A stretch of DNA of 64,000 bases from an uncultured Chloroflexia bacterium. GTDB taxonomy: Bacteria > Chloroflexota > Limnocylindria > Limnocylindrales > CSP1-4. Numbering within the stretch: position 1 is the stretch's first letter; each line of letters starts with the position of its first letter. Under the pieces are notes generated by a model. The model did not search any database and was not told the DNA's origin. It worked only from the letters and a program-made list of their open reading frames with translations. The stretch covers positions 32,001-96,000 of the forward strand of contig CAVTHS010000008.1 of NCBI GenBank assembly GCA_963734535.1. The letters are read 5' to 3'. The position numbers and the translations under genes were made by a program. This document shows positions 1-11,254 of the stretch, in pieces.

Positions 1-1179
1 CCCGGCGACTCCGACGCCCGCAAGGCCATCCGTTGACACCCTCGTCACCGCCGTCCCGCCGCCCGACACGGCGACGTGGAACGCGATTCGCTGGGGACTC
101 CTCCAGCCCGACGACCCGCTGCGTCTCGTACGGTCGGTGCTGCGCTGGCGGGGCGGGTACATCGCAGTCGGCTCGGTTGCCTCCGCCGGGGCTGCCAGCA
201 CCCCGGTGTGGACCTCGCCTGACGGCGGCACGTGGATGCCACTGCCCTTCAACACGGCGACTACGTTCTCGCCGGGCCTCCTCGTCGTCGGGACCGCCGA
301 GGTTCCGACCGGCCTCGTCGCCCTCACCCTGCTCGATGGCTCGTACCAATGTGGTTCCGCATGCCCGACCTACAGTGCCGCGTTGCCGCTCATGGCGTGG
401 ACCTCGCCCGACGGTCGGTCGTGGACGTCCAACACGGGTCCAGACTTCGGCCAGCCTGCCACGTGGCTCGGGCCTCCGCTGATCGCTGCTGGACCAGCAG
501 GGCTGGTCGTCGCCTCTCCGGAGAGGCAGACCCGTCTGGCGACATCGCTTGACGGCATCCACTGGCGGACTCTGCCCGCTTCCGCGCTCCCGGCTGGGAT
601 CACGCTCAGGGCCATCGTCGGCACGGCGACCGGGTACACCGCCGTGGGCTACCTGCCGGTGGACGCCGAGCACCTCCGCGCCATCGCCGTACGGTCGGTC
701 AACGGCACCACGTGGACCGGGCCCTACTCGCTCGACATGGCAACGGCCTCCGGGATCACGCTTGCGAGCACCGGCCCGAGTTGGGCAGCGACCGGGCTCG
801 CGGCGGCCCGAGACGGGCTGATCGCGACGGGCACAATCATCGCGACCCCGGGCCAGGCGTTGTGGTGGCAGTCGGCCAACGGTCGCGACTGGCTTTCTCT
901 CCCAACCTACGCGCCGCTCGGGCCGACTACCTGCACGGGTGAAGGCTGCGGCAACCAGCCGAACGGGGCGCTTGTCGGCGATGGCCATCGGCATGCTCGC
1001 CGCTGCGGGGCGGCGCCGATGCGGGTGCATGGACCTCGTCCGACGGACTGGCGTGGCAGCGACTCGCCATCACCGGCGACATCCCGGGCGAACAGGCGAC
1101 GCAGGCGGTCCTGCTGCCGGGTGGGGTGCTGCTCTCGGATGGGACGACCACGTGGTACGGGGAGGCGCAGGTCCGTTAG
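1..1179 (+). CDS. Secreted/surface protein with repeated 'W.S.DG..W' (BNR/Asp-box-like) motifs; 5'-truncated by window edge, frameshift near 1000
   Basis: Frame 2 is open from base 2 (PATPTPARPSVDT...) with motifs VWTSPDGGTW, AWTSPDGRSW, TSLDGIHW, SVNGTTW, SANGRDW. It continues in frame 1 as ...AWTSSDGLAWQ...GTTTWYGEAQVR, stop at 1179. Confidence 0.7.
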
Positions 1180-1493
1180 CGCGGCCAGAGCCACGCAGCG
1201 ACGAGGGCCGTCACCCCGAGCGCACCGAGCATGACGACCCAGCCAGCCGCTGCGACGAGCAGGATGTTGTCCACCTGACGTTCAACTTCGCGGAGCGAGC
1301 GTCCGGCGAGGACCGTGCCGCCGTGCCACGGGACGGTGACGGATGCGATGCGGACGCCCGCCCGGGGTTCCCATGTCACCGCGTTCGGGTGGTCCTGCCG
1401 GGCGGCATCGAGGACACCTTTCGGCGGGACCGGGTCGTGGCCGTCGAGTTCGCCATCGGTCGCGAGGACGTGTCCGGCCGAGTCGAAGATCAC
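1176..1493 (-). CDS. Hypothetical membrane protein (small sensor-like domain plus C-terminal TM helix), possibly N-terminally truncated
   Basis: ORF contains VTWEPRAGVRIASV...VLAGRSLREVE followed by a hydrophobic helix. Upstream in-frame LAPFIVIFD continues without a clear start. Confidence 0.55.
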   Translation of the reverse strand: MIFDSAGHVLATDGELDGHDPVPPKGVLDAARQDHPNAVTWEPRAGVRIASVTVPWHGGTVLAGRSLREVERQVDNILLVAAAGWVVMLGALGVTALVAAWLWPR

Positions 1494-1737
1494 GATGAAG
1501 GGAGCGAGATGCCATCCTCAAGGTCGACCATTCGCCCGAGCGTACTCCCATCCCTCGCGTCGGTTCACGGACTCAGCGGCCCCTCACGGCGTCCCGGCGG
1601 ATCGTCGCCCGGCAGCGCCCAGATGAATGGCCAATGCCGATCCGGTCCAGGCCTTGACACCGACCGCTCCCGGTATAGGCTCGGGCGATCCGCGGCCCGA
1701 GCGTTCCTATCGGATGCCCCGCGGCCGGAGGTTGGCC

Positions 1738-2058
1738 ATGCCCAAGTACCTGTTCACGGGCACCTATAGCGCGGAGGGTGCCCGCGGTCTCATCCTGGAG
1801 GGCGGCAGCGGACGGCGGGAGGCGACCGAGAAACTGGTGACCTCCCTCGGCGGGACGCTCGAGGCGTACTACTTCGCCTTCGGGAGCGACGACTTCTACC
1901 TCATCGCCGACCTGCCGAGCAACGAGGCAGCCGCCGCCGGGTCCCTCTCCGCCGCGGCGACGGGCGCCATCGCAACGCGGACGGTCGTGCTCATGACGCC
2001 TGAGGAGGTCGATGCCGCGACCAAGCTGACCGCCACCTACCGGCCCCCAGGAGGCTGA
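1738..2058 (+). CDS. GYD domain-containing protein
   Basis: MPKYLFTGTYSAEGARGL...LGGTLEAYYFAFGSDDFYLIADLP...YRPPG; GGAGG RBS upstream of ATG 1738. Confidence 0.85.
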   Translation: MPKYLFTGTYSAEGARGLILEGGSGRREATEKLVTSLGGTLEAYYFAFGSDDFYLIADLPSNEAAAAGSLSAAATGAIATRTVVLMTPEEVDAATKLTATYRPPGG

Positions 2059-2635
2059 TCACCAACTCGACTGGCGGCTGATCGGCTAGCTGCGTTGACC
2101 GGACAGCCCGCGAGTCTCCGGGCGTGGTCCCGTCAGCGCGGAAGGTGGGGTGGTGGTGCGTGAGGCAGTTGCGCACGTGCGCCCTGCGGCGGGTCGCGGC
2201 GGCCCTGGCAGGGTCGGTGGATGCCACCTGGGCGCGGAGACATGTGTGATGAAGACGCGCGACACGCAGGTTGCCCTCGGCCTGGTGCTCGGCGTCCATC
2301 CCGGCGCCCCGTCACGAACCAGGTGTCGGCGTTGGCTGCGACTTCGGCGAACCCGACCCACTCAGCCAGTTCCTGGCGAACAACCCCGGGCGATCCCGCG
2401 CGTGATGGAAGTGTGTGACCGAGATGGGAGGAGGCGTCCGAGCGGGATCGCATGAGGGTCTCTTGATCACGTGGTGCCGCACAATCGACGCGGCCACTGA
2501 TCCTGTCATGCAGGGAGCATTGCTCGGCGGGTGACCCGCCGTCCAGCAGCTCCGGTGACATGCTGCCCACCGACCAATGATCATCTCGTCCGGCTGCCCG
2601 CGGCGACGGGGCCCTTCCGGAGTATCGTGGGGTTC

Positions 2636-2917
2636 ATGAAGGGTGACCGAGTCGAAGCCATGGTCGACACCGGGCAGGGAGTTCAGACGTTCGAGATCAT
2701 TGCCACGCGGGCCGGTCGTCGGATCGAGGTCGTGACGTCCCGCGGGGTCGTCGAGGTGCGCGAGGTGACGCGGACCGGTGTGCCGGTGCGCACCGGCCGC
2801 TTCATGACCAGCCGTTTGATCGCACTCGTGGAACATCCCGCGATCGACGAGCGTGGCCGCGTCGAGGTGACGACGCGGCATCGTCTCCAGGCGCGCGAAC
2901 GCGCGCAGGGCGCGTGA
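2636..2917 (+). CDS. Conserved small hypothetical protein (MKGDRVE...ATRAGRR family)
   Basis: Coding-like ORF resembling small actinobacterial hypothetical proteins; lies directly upstream of the dehydrogenase. Confidence 0.7.
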   Translation: MKGDRVEAMVDTGQGVQTFEIIATRAGRRIEVVTSRGVVEVREVTRTGVPVRTGRFMTSRLIALVEHPAIDERGRVEVTTRHRLQARERAQGA

Positions 2918-2923
2918 GGTTCC

Positions 2924-3886
2924 ATGACACCTGAAGGCAATCGCAAGAGGCGTGACGAGCGTGAGGTCGTGGTCATCTGCTTGCCGGACGTGCCCGAACG
3001 GCGGCACGTGGGCGATCTTCCCGCGAACGTCGAGGTCGTAGTCCTGCCCGGCAGGCCTGGCCCGCTCCCCGATCTGACCCGGGTCGAGCTGATCGTCCCA
3101 GACGACTGGGCGACGCAAGCCGTGCTGGCCGAGTTCGGCGCGATGGCCCGTCTGCGCGTCGTGCAGACGCTCAGCGCCGGCGTTGACTGGCTCCGTGGAC
3201 GCGTGCCCTCCGGGATCACGGTCTGCAACGCCCGTGGCGTCTACGATGGCCCCGTTGCCGAGTGGGTGGTCGGGGCAATCCTGGCGGTCCAACGTGGCCT
3301 CGTCGAGTCGCGTGACGCCCAGCTGAAGAAGCAGTGGCGCGCGTTGGAGCCCGAGGAGCTGGCGGGCCTGCGGGTGGTCATCCTTGGCTTCGGATCAATC
3401 GGCGCCGCTGTGGCCGATCGGCTTCGTCCGTTCCGCGTTGACGTGGTCGGTGTGGCCAGGACGCGGCGACAAGGCGTCCTGGGGCTCGACGACCTTGATG
3501 AGGCGCTTCAGTCAGCCGACGTCCTGGTCGACCTGCTCCCACTGAGCGCCGAGACTGCCGGGTTCGTGGATGCACGCCGTCTTGCGCTGCTTCCGCTTGG
3601 CGCCCTCCTGGTGAACGCAGGTCGCGGGGCCACCGTCGATACGCCAGCCCTTGTGGAGGCTCTCCAGGCCGGCCATTTGCGCGCAGCTCTCGATGTGACG
3701 GATCCGGAGCCGCTTCCTTCGAACCACCCCCTCTGGAGACTCCCCAACGTCCTGATCAGCCCGCATGTCGCTGGCGATTCGCCCGCGTCGCTTGCCCGCG
3801 CATACGCCTTCGTCGGCGACCAGATCCGTCGGTTCGCCGCCGGCGAGCGGCTGGTGAACGAGGTGCCTTCCCACCTCCTCGACTGA
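2924..3886 (+). CDS. D-isomer-specific 2-hydroxyacid dehydrogenase
   Basis: GFGSIG Rossmann motif, VNAGRG, ALDVTDPEPLP, SPHVAG. Confidence 0.92.
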   Translation: MTPEGNRKRRDEREVVVICLPDVPERRHVGDLPANVEVVVLPGRPGPLPDLTRVELIVPDDWATQAVLAEFGAMARLRVVQTLSAGVDWLRGRVPSGITVCNARGVYDGPVAEWVVGAILAVQRGLVESRDAQLKKQWRALEPEELAGLRVVILGFGSIGAAVADRLRPFRVDVVGVARTRRQGVLGLDDLDEALQSADVLVDLLPLSAETAGFVDARRLALLPLGALLVNAGRGATVDTPALVEALQAGHLRAALDVTDPEPLPSNHPLWRLPNVLISPHVAGDSPASLARAYAFVGDQIRRFAAGERLVNEVPSHLLD

Positions 3887-3941
3887 CCGCCGAGTCTGCG
3901 CCCTCGACTGATCTCCGCAGGAGGACGAGGGCCGCGCGGAG

Positions 3942-4967
3942 CTACCTCGTCGGGCGGGCCGTGCTGCCGCGCAAGGTGAGCTCAGGGGCCACGAGCACCT
4001 GGTCCGGCGTGGTTCGCCCTCGATCGAGGCGGTCGAGCAGGATCCGGGCCGCAGCGCGGCCAAGGTCGTCGGACGGGAAACCGATCGTGGTCAGCGGCGG
4101 GGTGGCGAGCTCGGTCAGCGACTCGTCGAGCATCGCGACCACCGAGAGGTCGGCGGGGATCCTGATCCGCCGCCTGGAGGCGGCCTTGAACAGGCCGATC
4201 ACCGATTGGTCCTGCGGGACGATGCACGCGGTGACGTCCGGGTTCTCGTCGAGCAGCCGCCCCGCGGCGTCGGCCATTGCATCGCCCGTGGGGGCGCCCA
4301 CTCGCCGGATGGCGGGAAGCCCGTACCGGGCACAGGCAAGCTCGTATCCGCGCAGGGCCCACGTGACGAAGCCGTAGGTGTCGTTTCGGACGACCGGGTC
4401 GATGGTGAGCAGCCCGATCCGGCGGTGGCCGAGCGAGACGAGGTGCTCGACTGCGAGCCCGATCCCGTGCTCCACGTCCACGTCGGCGAAGCTGAGGCCG
4501 GTATTGTCCGTGCGGCGCCCGATCATCACGAACGGGTACCCGTGATCACGCAGCAGCTCGGCGCGTCGGTCCTCGGTGAGGATCTCGAGCAGGATGATCC
4601 CGTCCGCCTGGCGGCTCCGGAAGATGCCGAGCAGCTCGGCGTCGGAGAGCGTCCGCGTGATGATGTTGATCGAGTAGCCCGCGTCCTCGACGCCGAGCGC
4701 GGCCGACATGACGAGCCGGTACGCGGGCGGGTTGAACTCCTGGGGTACGTGCACCGCGATGAGCCGAGTCCGGCCGGACCGGATCTGGCGCCAGGCGTTC
4801 TGGGGCGCGAACCCGATCTCGTCCATCACCTGCAGCACGCGCTGGCGCGTCTCGTCCGCCACGTCGGGCTTGTTGTTGATGATCCGCGACACCGTGGCAA
4901 CAGACACGCCGCTCGCGGCAGCGATGTCGATGATCGTCGTGTTGGGGGCCTTCGATCTCGCGGCCAC
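3942..4967 (-). CDS. LacI family transcriptional regulator
   Basis: TIIDIAAASGVSVATVSRIIN HTH, PPLTTI and LTLRGST tail; GTG start at 4967 with GGAGG upstream. Confidence 0.92.
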   Translation of the reverse strand: MAARSKAPNTTIIDIAAASGVSVATVSRIINNKPDVADETRQRVLQVMDEIGFAPQNAWRQIRSGRTRLIAVHVPQEFNPPAYRLVMSAALGVEDAGYSINIITRTLSDAELLGIFRSRQADGIILLEILTEDRRAELLRDHGYPFVMIGRRTDNTGLSFADVDVEHGIGLAVEHLVSLGHRRIGLLTIDPVVRNDTYGFVTWALRGYELACARYGLPAIRRVGAPTGDAMADAAGRLLDENPDVTACIVPQDQSVIGLFKAASRRRIRIPADLSVVAMLDESLTELATPPLTTIGFPSDDLGRAAARILLDRLDRGRTTPDQVLVAPELTLRGSTARPTR

Positions 4968-5037
4968 GCGGAGTGATCCTCCTACCTGGACCGAGGCCGT
5001 TCCGAAAGAGGTCGACCGCCGGCTGCCGCAGCTGAGC

Positions 5038-7539
5038 TCACAGCTGCACCTCCAACCGTGCTCCAGCGTAGCAAAGCCGCCGCGGCGCCACGGCCGAATT
5101 GCGGGTCGCAGGGTCGAGCCCCGCATGGAGGACGACGACCACATCACGCTCCGGGGACATGCCCGGATAGTGGCCGGCCCGCTGCCCGATCGTCAGTTGG
5201 CGCGCCGCCTCGTGCCAGGCAATCTCCACCGTCGCGAACTCGCCCGCCTCGTAGCCGTAGCCGTCGCCGGCGTCCTCGTACAGCGTGAAGCTCGTGTCGC
5301 GACCGGGGTACACGTGGATCTCGAGCACCCCGTCGGGCGCCTCGTCCGCGTGCTCGCGGTCCGGGCCCATCGGCACGATCGACCCGGCACGGACGAAGAC
5401 CGGGATGCGGTCGAGGGTGGCGGCCGCCTCGATCTCCTGGCCGCCCTGCAGCCGCTCGTCCGTACGGAGGTCGAACCAGTCGGCGCTCTCCGGCAGGTAG
5501 ACACGACGTGTGTGACTCACGCCATCGAGCGGGCGCGAGCCGGGTCCATGCTCCATCGGCGTGGACACCGGGCACACGAGGAAGGCCGGTCCAAGGAGGA
5601 ACTGGTCGCCGACGGCGTGGGTGCGGGCGTCGTCCGGGAAGTCGAAGGGCAGCGATCGGAGCATCGTGTAGGCGCGTTGCGTCGTCCAGCCCGCCAACGA
5701 GTAGATGTAGGGCAGCAGGCGATAGCGACGCCGCAGGGCGCTCACCAGGGCATCGTAGGTCGTCTCCCCGGGGGCGCCGAAGCGCCAGATCTCGCGCGGC
5801 GTATCCGTGCCATGGGAACGCAGCATCGGGAGCCAGGCCGCGTACTGGAACCAACGCAGGTACAGCTCCCGGTAGCCGAGGTCATCCACGCCGGCGTCGA
5901 AATCGCCGGCCCAGAACCACAGCTCCGGGCGCCGGGCGGCGAAGTACCCGCCCACATCGGTGGTCCAGTACGGCATGCCGGTCGTGCAGAAGTTGAGCCC
6001 GTCGGCGATCTGGCGGCGCAGCGTCTCCCAGCTCGCGCTGACGTCACCGGACCAGGTCACCGTTCCGTAGCGCTGCTGGCCCGGGAAGGCCGACCGGGTG
6101 AGATTCATGACCCGCTTGTCGCGGCAGACGGAGCGCTGACCCTCGTACAGCCCCTGCGAATGGAAGAGCGAGTAGGCGTTGATGAGCTCCGGGTCGAGGT
6201 ACCGCTTGGCCTCGTCGGTGTTGATCCGCAGGCGCTCCTCGGGCTCGGGCTTGACGGCGCCGGTCCAGTCGGCCTCGAACGGCTCGGTGCAGTCCGACCA
6301 CCACGCGTCGATCCCCTGCGAGAACAGGCCGCGGTCCGCCTGGCACCAGAAGGTGGCCCTCGCGGCTGGGTCAAAGGCGTTGTAGGTCGCCTGGTTGCCG
6401 AGAAGCTGCCCGCGGGCCCCGAGCTCGCGCCAGTCGTCGCCGCCGGGCCGCATCGTGGGCCAGATCGACACCATGATGCGCACGCCGAGCGCGTGCAGCT
6501 CGCGGGTCATGCCGAGCGGGTCCGGGAAACGCACCGGGTCGAGCGACTTCTGGCCCCAGGCACGGCCCGTCCACGACTTCCAGTCCAGCACGATGCAGTC
6601 CAGCGGCAGCCCGCGACGGCGGTACTCGTGCGCGACTGCCAGCAGGTCCGCCTGGCTCTCGTAGCGCTCCTTCGACTGCACGTATCCGAAGGCCCAACGC
6701 GGGAGCATGGGCACCTGCCCCGTGAGCGTCCGGAACTCGGCCACGATCTCGTCGAAGCTCGGGCCGAGCATGACGTAGTAGTCCAGCTCCTCGTCGACGT
6801 CGCCCCAGAGGTACGACCCGAAGGCATCGTCGCGGAACGTGACCAGCGACGTGCAGTCCAGGAAGATGCCGTAGCCGCGCGTGGACAGGAGCACGGGCAC
6901 GGCCACCTTGAGGTTCTGCTGGTAGAGATACTGGTGCTGGCCGCGGAGGTTGAACATCCCCTCCTCGTGCGAACCCAACCCGTACAGGGCCTCGCCATCA
7001 GCCCAGCAGAACTCGAGTCGCGTGTGGAAGGCGGTCCGGTCCACGACCTGCCGGACACCCTCCACGTCGATCCGCACGCCGTCGATGTTCTCGCGGCTCT
7101 CCTTCGGGGCGGCCCCGTCGAAGTTCGACCGGAGGACCTGGACCGGTGTGAGCGTCTTGCCGCCGCGAGCGGGCTCACGGGTCAGCACGGTTCCGTCGAT
7201 CGTCCGGTACGTGAGCGCAGCTGTCTCGCGCGAGATATCGATCGACATCGCATGGGTGGAGAGGACGATGCCGTCCTGGCCCTCCACGACGGAGAACGGG
7301 ACGGGCGGCGTCGTGGCACCGACGGGAATCACGGTCAGGCTCGGCTTCTGGCTGAACGCATCCGCGAGCGTGAACCGGACGCGAACCGTCCGCTCGGTCC
7401 TCGGGTTGAGGGCAAGCAGCCCCGCGTCGGTGCGGACGATGAGGCCGTCGGGGCCAACCTCGTGGGAAAGGATCCTCATCGGCGGCCTGCCCTGGGTGGC
7501 GGTTGGGCTGGCGGCGCCGTCGCGCGTGGACGGGTCCAT
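5038..7539 (-). CDS. Glycoside hydrolase family 31 (alpha-xylosidase-like, DUF5110 C-terminus)
   Basis: WAFGYVQSKERY, IVLDW, DAWWSDCTEP nucleophile region, WSGDV, PYWTTDVGG, RSHGT, IPVFVRAGSI, LYEDAGDGYGYE. Confidence 0.92.
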   Translation of the reverse strand: MDPSTRDGAASPTATQGRPPMRILSHEVGPDGLIVRTDAGLLALNPRTERTVRVRFTLADAFSQKPSLTVIPVGATTPPVPFSVVEGQDGIVLSTHAMSIDISRETAALTYRTIDGTVLTREPARGGKTLTPVQVLRSNFDGAAPKESRENIDGVRIDVEGVRQVVDRTAFHTRLEFCWADGEALYGLGSHEEGMFNLRGQHQYLYQQNLKVAVPVLLSTRGYGIFLDCTSLVTFRDDAFGSYLWGDVDEELDYYVMLGPSFDEIVAEFRTLTGQVPMLPRWAFGYVQSKERYESQADLLAVAHEYRRRGLPLDCIVLDWKSWTGRAWGQKSLDPVRFPDPLGMTRELHALGVRIMVSIWPTMRPGGDDWRELGARGQLLGNQATYNAFDPAARATFWCQADRGLFSQGIDAWWSDCTEPFEADWTGAVKPEPEERLRINTDEAKRYLDPELINAYSLFHSQGLYEGQRSVCRDKRVMNLTRSAFPGQQRYGTVTWSGDVSASWETLRRQIADGLNFCTTGMPYWTTDVGGYFAARRPELWFWAGDFDAGVDDLGYRELYLRWFQYAAWLPMLRSHGTDTPREIWRFGAPGETTYDALVSALRRRYRLLPYIYSLAGWTTQRAYTMLRSLPFDFPDDARTHAVGDQFLLGPAFLVCPVSTPMEHGPGSRPLDGVSHTRRVYLPESADWFDLRTDERLQGGQEIEAAATLDRIPVFVRAGSIVPMGPDREHADEAPDGVLEIHVYPGRDTSFTLYEDAGDGYGYEAGEFATVEIAWHEAARQLTIGQRAGHYPGMSPERDVVVVLHAGLDPATRNSAVAPRRLCYAGARLEVQL

Positions 7540-7544
7540 CACGG

Positions 7545-8369
7545 CTATCCCTTCACCGCGCCCGCGGAAACGCCGGAGAGGATCCAGCGCTGCGCGACGA
7601 TGTAGATGAGGATCACCGGCAGAATCGTCAGCAGGATGTCCGCGGACACCAGGCTCCAGTCCGACTGGAACTGACCGAAGAAGTTGTAGACCGCAAGGGT
7701 CATCGGCCATCGGCTCGTGCTGTTCAGGAAATACAGCGGCATGAGGAACTCGTTCCAGATGTTGAGGATGCTGAGGACCCCGCAGGTGACCAGCACGGGT
7801 GTCAGGATCGGCAGGACGACCGAGAAGAAGGTCCGCGTTGGCGAGCAGCCGTCGATGAAGGCCGCCTCGTCCAGCTCCCTCGGCAGGGAGTCGATGAAGG
7901 CGTAGATCAGGAAGACGCTGAACGGGATCTGGGTCGCCGCGTAGAGCAGGATCATCCCGATCTGCGAGTCGACCAGGTGCGTGACCTGCATGACCTTCAT
8001 CAGCGTCACGAAGTTGGTCGGGATCGCGATGCCCATGATCAGCAGGAGATAGATGATCTGGTGCCGGCGGGTCCGATGCCGCGCGAGCACATATGCGGCG
8101 AGTGCCGAGACCAGGACGGCGAGCGCCGTCCCCCCAAGCGAGTAGAGCAGGCTGTTGAAGAACGCCGTCACCAGCTTGCCCTGGTCGATGACGGTCCCGA
8201 AGTTGGCCCATTGGGGATTCATCGGCAGCTCGACGCCCATCGAGCTGGCCTCAGGCTGGGTCTTCAGCGCGTTCACGATCACGAGGTAGAAAGGCACCAG
8301 CGCGATGAGGCTGGCGCCACTGGCGCTGACGTTGAGGACGGCGGCGCGGAACGTGCGGATGGGATGCAC
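7545..8369 (-). CDS. Carbohydrate ABC transporter permease
   Basis: EAA motif LPRELDEAAFIDG, WNEF, GVSAGAVKG end. Confidence 0.92.
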   Translation of the reverse strand: MHPIRTFRAAVLNVSASGASLIALVPFYLVIVNALKTQPEASSMGVELPMNPQWANFGTVIDQGKLVTAFFNSLLYSLGGTALAVLVSALAAYVLARHRTRRHQIIYLLLIMGIAIPTNFVTLMKVMQVTHLVDSQIGMILLYAATQIPFSVFLIYAFIDSLPRELDEAAFIDGCSPTRTFFSVVLPILTPVLVTCGVLSILNIWNEFLMPLYFLNSTSRWPMTLAVYNFFGQFQSDWSLVSADILLTILPVILIYIVAQRWILSGVSAGAVKG

Positions 8370-8371
8370 GG

Positions 8372-9238
8372 TCAGGCCACCTCGCGGGGTCGCATGGCTC
8401 GGATCACGCCGAAGCTCAGGACCACCATCACGACGAAGAACAGCGTGGACAGGGCGGTCGCCACCCCGTACAGGCCGCGCGAGAAGTTGTCGAAGATGGT
8501 CGTGTAGACCGTCGAGGTCCCGTACTGGCCATTGGTGAGCACGAAGACCATGTCGAAGACCCGAAGGCCGTAGAGCAGGTTCAGGACCGTCGTCACGGCC
8601 AGGACCGGCATGAGCATTGGCACGGTGATGTACCGGAAGGCCTGGAGCCCGGAGGCGCCGTCGATCGAGGCCGCCTCGTAGTACTCGCGCGGGATCGACA
8701 GCAGGCCGGCGATGAGGATGACCATGATGTAGCCGACGCCGCGCCACGTGTCGACGCCGATGACAGCCCAGATGGTGAGCCCGACGTCTGTGAGCCAGTG
8801 CTGCGCCAGGGCGCCCAGGCCGACGAGCTGCAGGGTCGAGTTCAGCAGGCCGTCCGAGGGATCCAGGATGGACCGGAACACGATGCCGACGACCAGGACG
8901 GGCAGGACCGCGGGCAGGTAGACGAGCCCGCGATACAGATACGCGAGCCGCTTGACGCCGCCGGTGAGCAGGATCGCCAGGGCGAGCGCGAAGGCGGTCT
9001 TGAGGATGGTCGTCGCGATCGTGAACAGGATGGTGTGCTGGATCGCGCTGACGTAGTCACCGCTCGGCTCGAGGATCGTGGCGAAGTTGTCGAGGCCCAC
9101 CCAGTGGATGGTCTTCGCGTAGGCGTTCCAGTCGGTGAACGAGAAGGCGAAGCCGAGCAGGCTCGGCAACAGGACAAAGACGCCATAGAGGAGGAGAGCG
9201 CCGCCGGCGAACCATGTCGGATAGGCTTTGTACTTCAT
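8372..9238 (-). CDS. Carbohydrate ABC transporter permease
   Basis: SFTDW, VGLDNF, IPREYYEAASIDGAS, multiple TM segments. Confidence 0.92.
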   Translation of the reverse strand: MKYKAYPTWFAGGALLLYGVFVLLPSLLGFAFSFTDWNAYAKTIHWVGLDNFATILEPSGDYVSAIQHTILFTIATTILKTAFALALAILLTGGVKRLAYLYRGLVYLPAVLPVLVVGIVFRSILDPSDGLLNSTLQLVGLGALAQHWLTDVGLTIWAVIGVDTWRGVGYIMVILIAGLLSIPREYYEAASIDGASGLQAFRYITVPMLMPVLAVTTVLNLLYGLRVFDMVFVLTNGQYGTSTVYTTIFDNFSRGLYGVATALSTLFFVVMVVLSFGVIRAMRPREVA

Positions 9239-9382
9239 CGTTGGCTCGGACGGTAGGTCAGCCTGCCCAGGTCGCGGCTCCCGACGTGTGCAGGTCGTGG
9301 AAGCATGGCGGTCCCGATTGCGGCCGGGGCGAGTCGTGCGACTCGCCCCGGCCAACCGAGATCCTGAACGTGGGAATGGCTT

Positions 9383-10781
9383 CTAGGGCCAGGCCGGATC
9401 GCCCGCGGCCTTTGCCAGTGTGGTGCGGCCGGAATCGATGTTCTTCAGCATGTCCGCGGCCGTCTTCTGGCCAGTGAACATGTTGACGAGCCACTTGCCC
9501 ATGTCCATCCACTGCGGATTGACATAGTTGACCGCGTCCTGCAGGACCAGGGTCTTGGCCTGCGTGTACGTGTTGAAGAAGTCGCCCTGGCTGGCGTCCC
9601 ACTTCGCCTTGACACCGGTGAACGGGAGCGTCGCGAAGTCAGGAGTATTGTCGATCAGCCACTGCAGGTTGTCAGGCTGCATCATGAAGTCGAGCCACTG
9701 CTTCGCCTCGGCGACGTGCTGGCTCTTGCTGGAGATCATCCAGGTCGGGCCGGCCGGGTGGGTCGGCTGCAGCTGGTTGTCGAGGATCGGGTCGGGGAAG
9801 TAGCCGAAGCTGGTGGCCTGCAGGTTCGGGTAGGCCGCCGCGATCTGCGGGCCGCGAGAGAGCTGGGAGAGGGTCATCGCGTAGGTGCCGCCGGCCATCA
9901 TCTTGGACGTGTCGGCTTCCTTGGCGGACAGTGCGTCCTTGCCGAAGTATCCCTTCTGGTAGAGGTCGTTGATCTGGGTGAGCGCCTTCTGCATGTTCGC
10001 ATCGCCGGCAAAGGTCGCCGTGTTCGCGTTGAGCTTGTCATTCAGGCCGGGCTCCAGCGCCTCGGTCTGACCCCCAATCGTGGGGAACCAGAGCACGTGG
10101 TGCCAGCCGTCCGAGATGGGCTCGTAGACCGGCGTGATCCCGTTCTGCATGAGGGTGTCGCAGACCTGTCTCGAACTCATCGAACGTCTTGGGGACGGCG
10201 AGGCTGTACTTCGCGAAGATGTCCTTGTTGTAGACGATGACCCAGTAGTTGGCCGCGACGACGTCCCAGACCTCGGCGCCGTAGAGCTTGCCGTCGAGGG
10301 ACGACTGGTCGGCGACGACGGGATCCAGCCGGCTGACCCACGACTCGCCGGTGAGGTCGACGGCGTTGTTGGCCGCGTCGTACTGGAGCTTCATGTCGGA
10401 CTTCCCGGCCTGGCCGAGGAAGAGGTCAATGCCCTGCCCCGAGTTCAGCTTGGTCTTGAGGACGTCGAAGTACTGGCCCGACGGGATGATCTGGAAGTCG
10501 AGGTGGATGCCGGTCTGCTCTTCGAACCTGCCGGCCAGGACCTGCTCGGACGACTTGATCCAGTCCTGGCTGGCCAGGACCTCGATGGTGACGTTCGACT
10601 TGCTCGGCGCGGCGCTCGGGCTTGCCGCCGCCGAGGGTGCCGCCGCCGAGGGTGCCGCCGCCGAGGGTGCCGCGGCGGAGGGTGCCGTGGAGGCCGGCGC
10701 GCTCGCCCCCGGGGAGGAGCATCCAGCGACGAGCGCGCCGACGACCAGCGTGGTGAATGCGGCTCTGGCGAGTCTGATCAA
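9383..10781 (-). CDS. Carbohydrate ABC substrate-binding lipoprotein (frameshift near 10170)
   Basis: Lipobox LVAGC, PSAAA linker, and VPKTFDEF in ORF 10038..10886 joining VCDTLMQNGITP... in ORF 9383..10180. Start codon uncertain. Confidence 0.85.
10623..10690. repeat. 15-bp coding tandem repeat (TGCCGCCGCCGAGGG, ~4 copies) encoding the PSAAA linker
   Basis: Seen directly. Confidence 0.8.
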
Positions 10782-10914
10782 TGGAACGTGCCGCCTTTCT
10801 CGATCGAGGGTGAGGTGTACCCACAGGCGGGCCGGTCTGGCCGACCACCGACTCAGCTGCTCGATAGGTCCACCTCCTGAGCCCATCAGACGCCACGTTC
10901 GGCACAGTCCGAAA

Positions 10915-10938
10915 TCATTGCCGGTATCATTACCGCTG
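10915..10938. promoter_or_regulatory. Possible LacI-type operator upstream of the ABC/GH31 operon
   Basis: Tandem TCATTGCCGGTA/TCATTACCGCTG with CG-centred halves in the intergenic region; resemblance only. Confidence 0.3.
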
Positions 10939-11254
10939 CCCAGTCTACCGCGCCGGTCAATGGGTGGGAGGCCGATTCGGGCGGCCAGGAACCGACCCGC
11001 GATCGAAAGCCCGACACCGTCGCGGACCGTCGGCCGGCTGCAGGTTTCAGCACCCGGAGGGCGCCTGTGGGCCGCATCACGCGAGCTCGTGGCTGATGCG
11101 CGCGATGGGCCGGCGACAACGGGCGGTCATGCTTGGGCGTGTGTCGGGCCCTCGCGCGCGAGGACCCAATACTGCGGTCCCGTCGTCGCTGTCGGTCAGG
11201 GCGCCGAATCCCGGTGCCACCCAAGCTGGCACGGGCCTCTGCGACGATCCAGCC

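Noticed and set aside
2086-2570. Minus-strand ORFs between the GYD gene and the 2636 gene
   Set aside because: No recognisable motifs; several competing frames; could be one frameshifted gene but cannot be supported.
4708-7605. Long antisense or alternate-frame ORFs (e.g. 4708..7605+, 59273..62758-, 48077..50233+, 41734..44115+)
   Set aside because: Shadow ORFs of real genes, caused by high GC and stop-codon scarcity.
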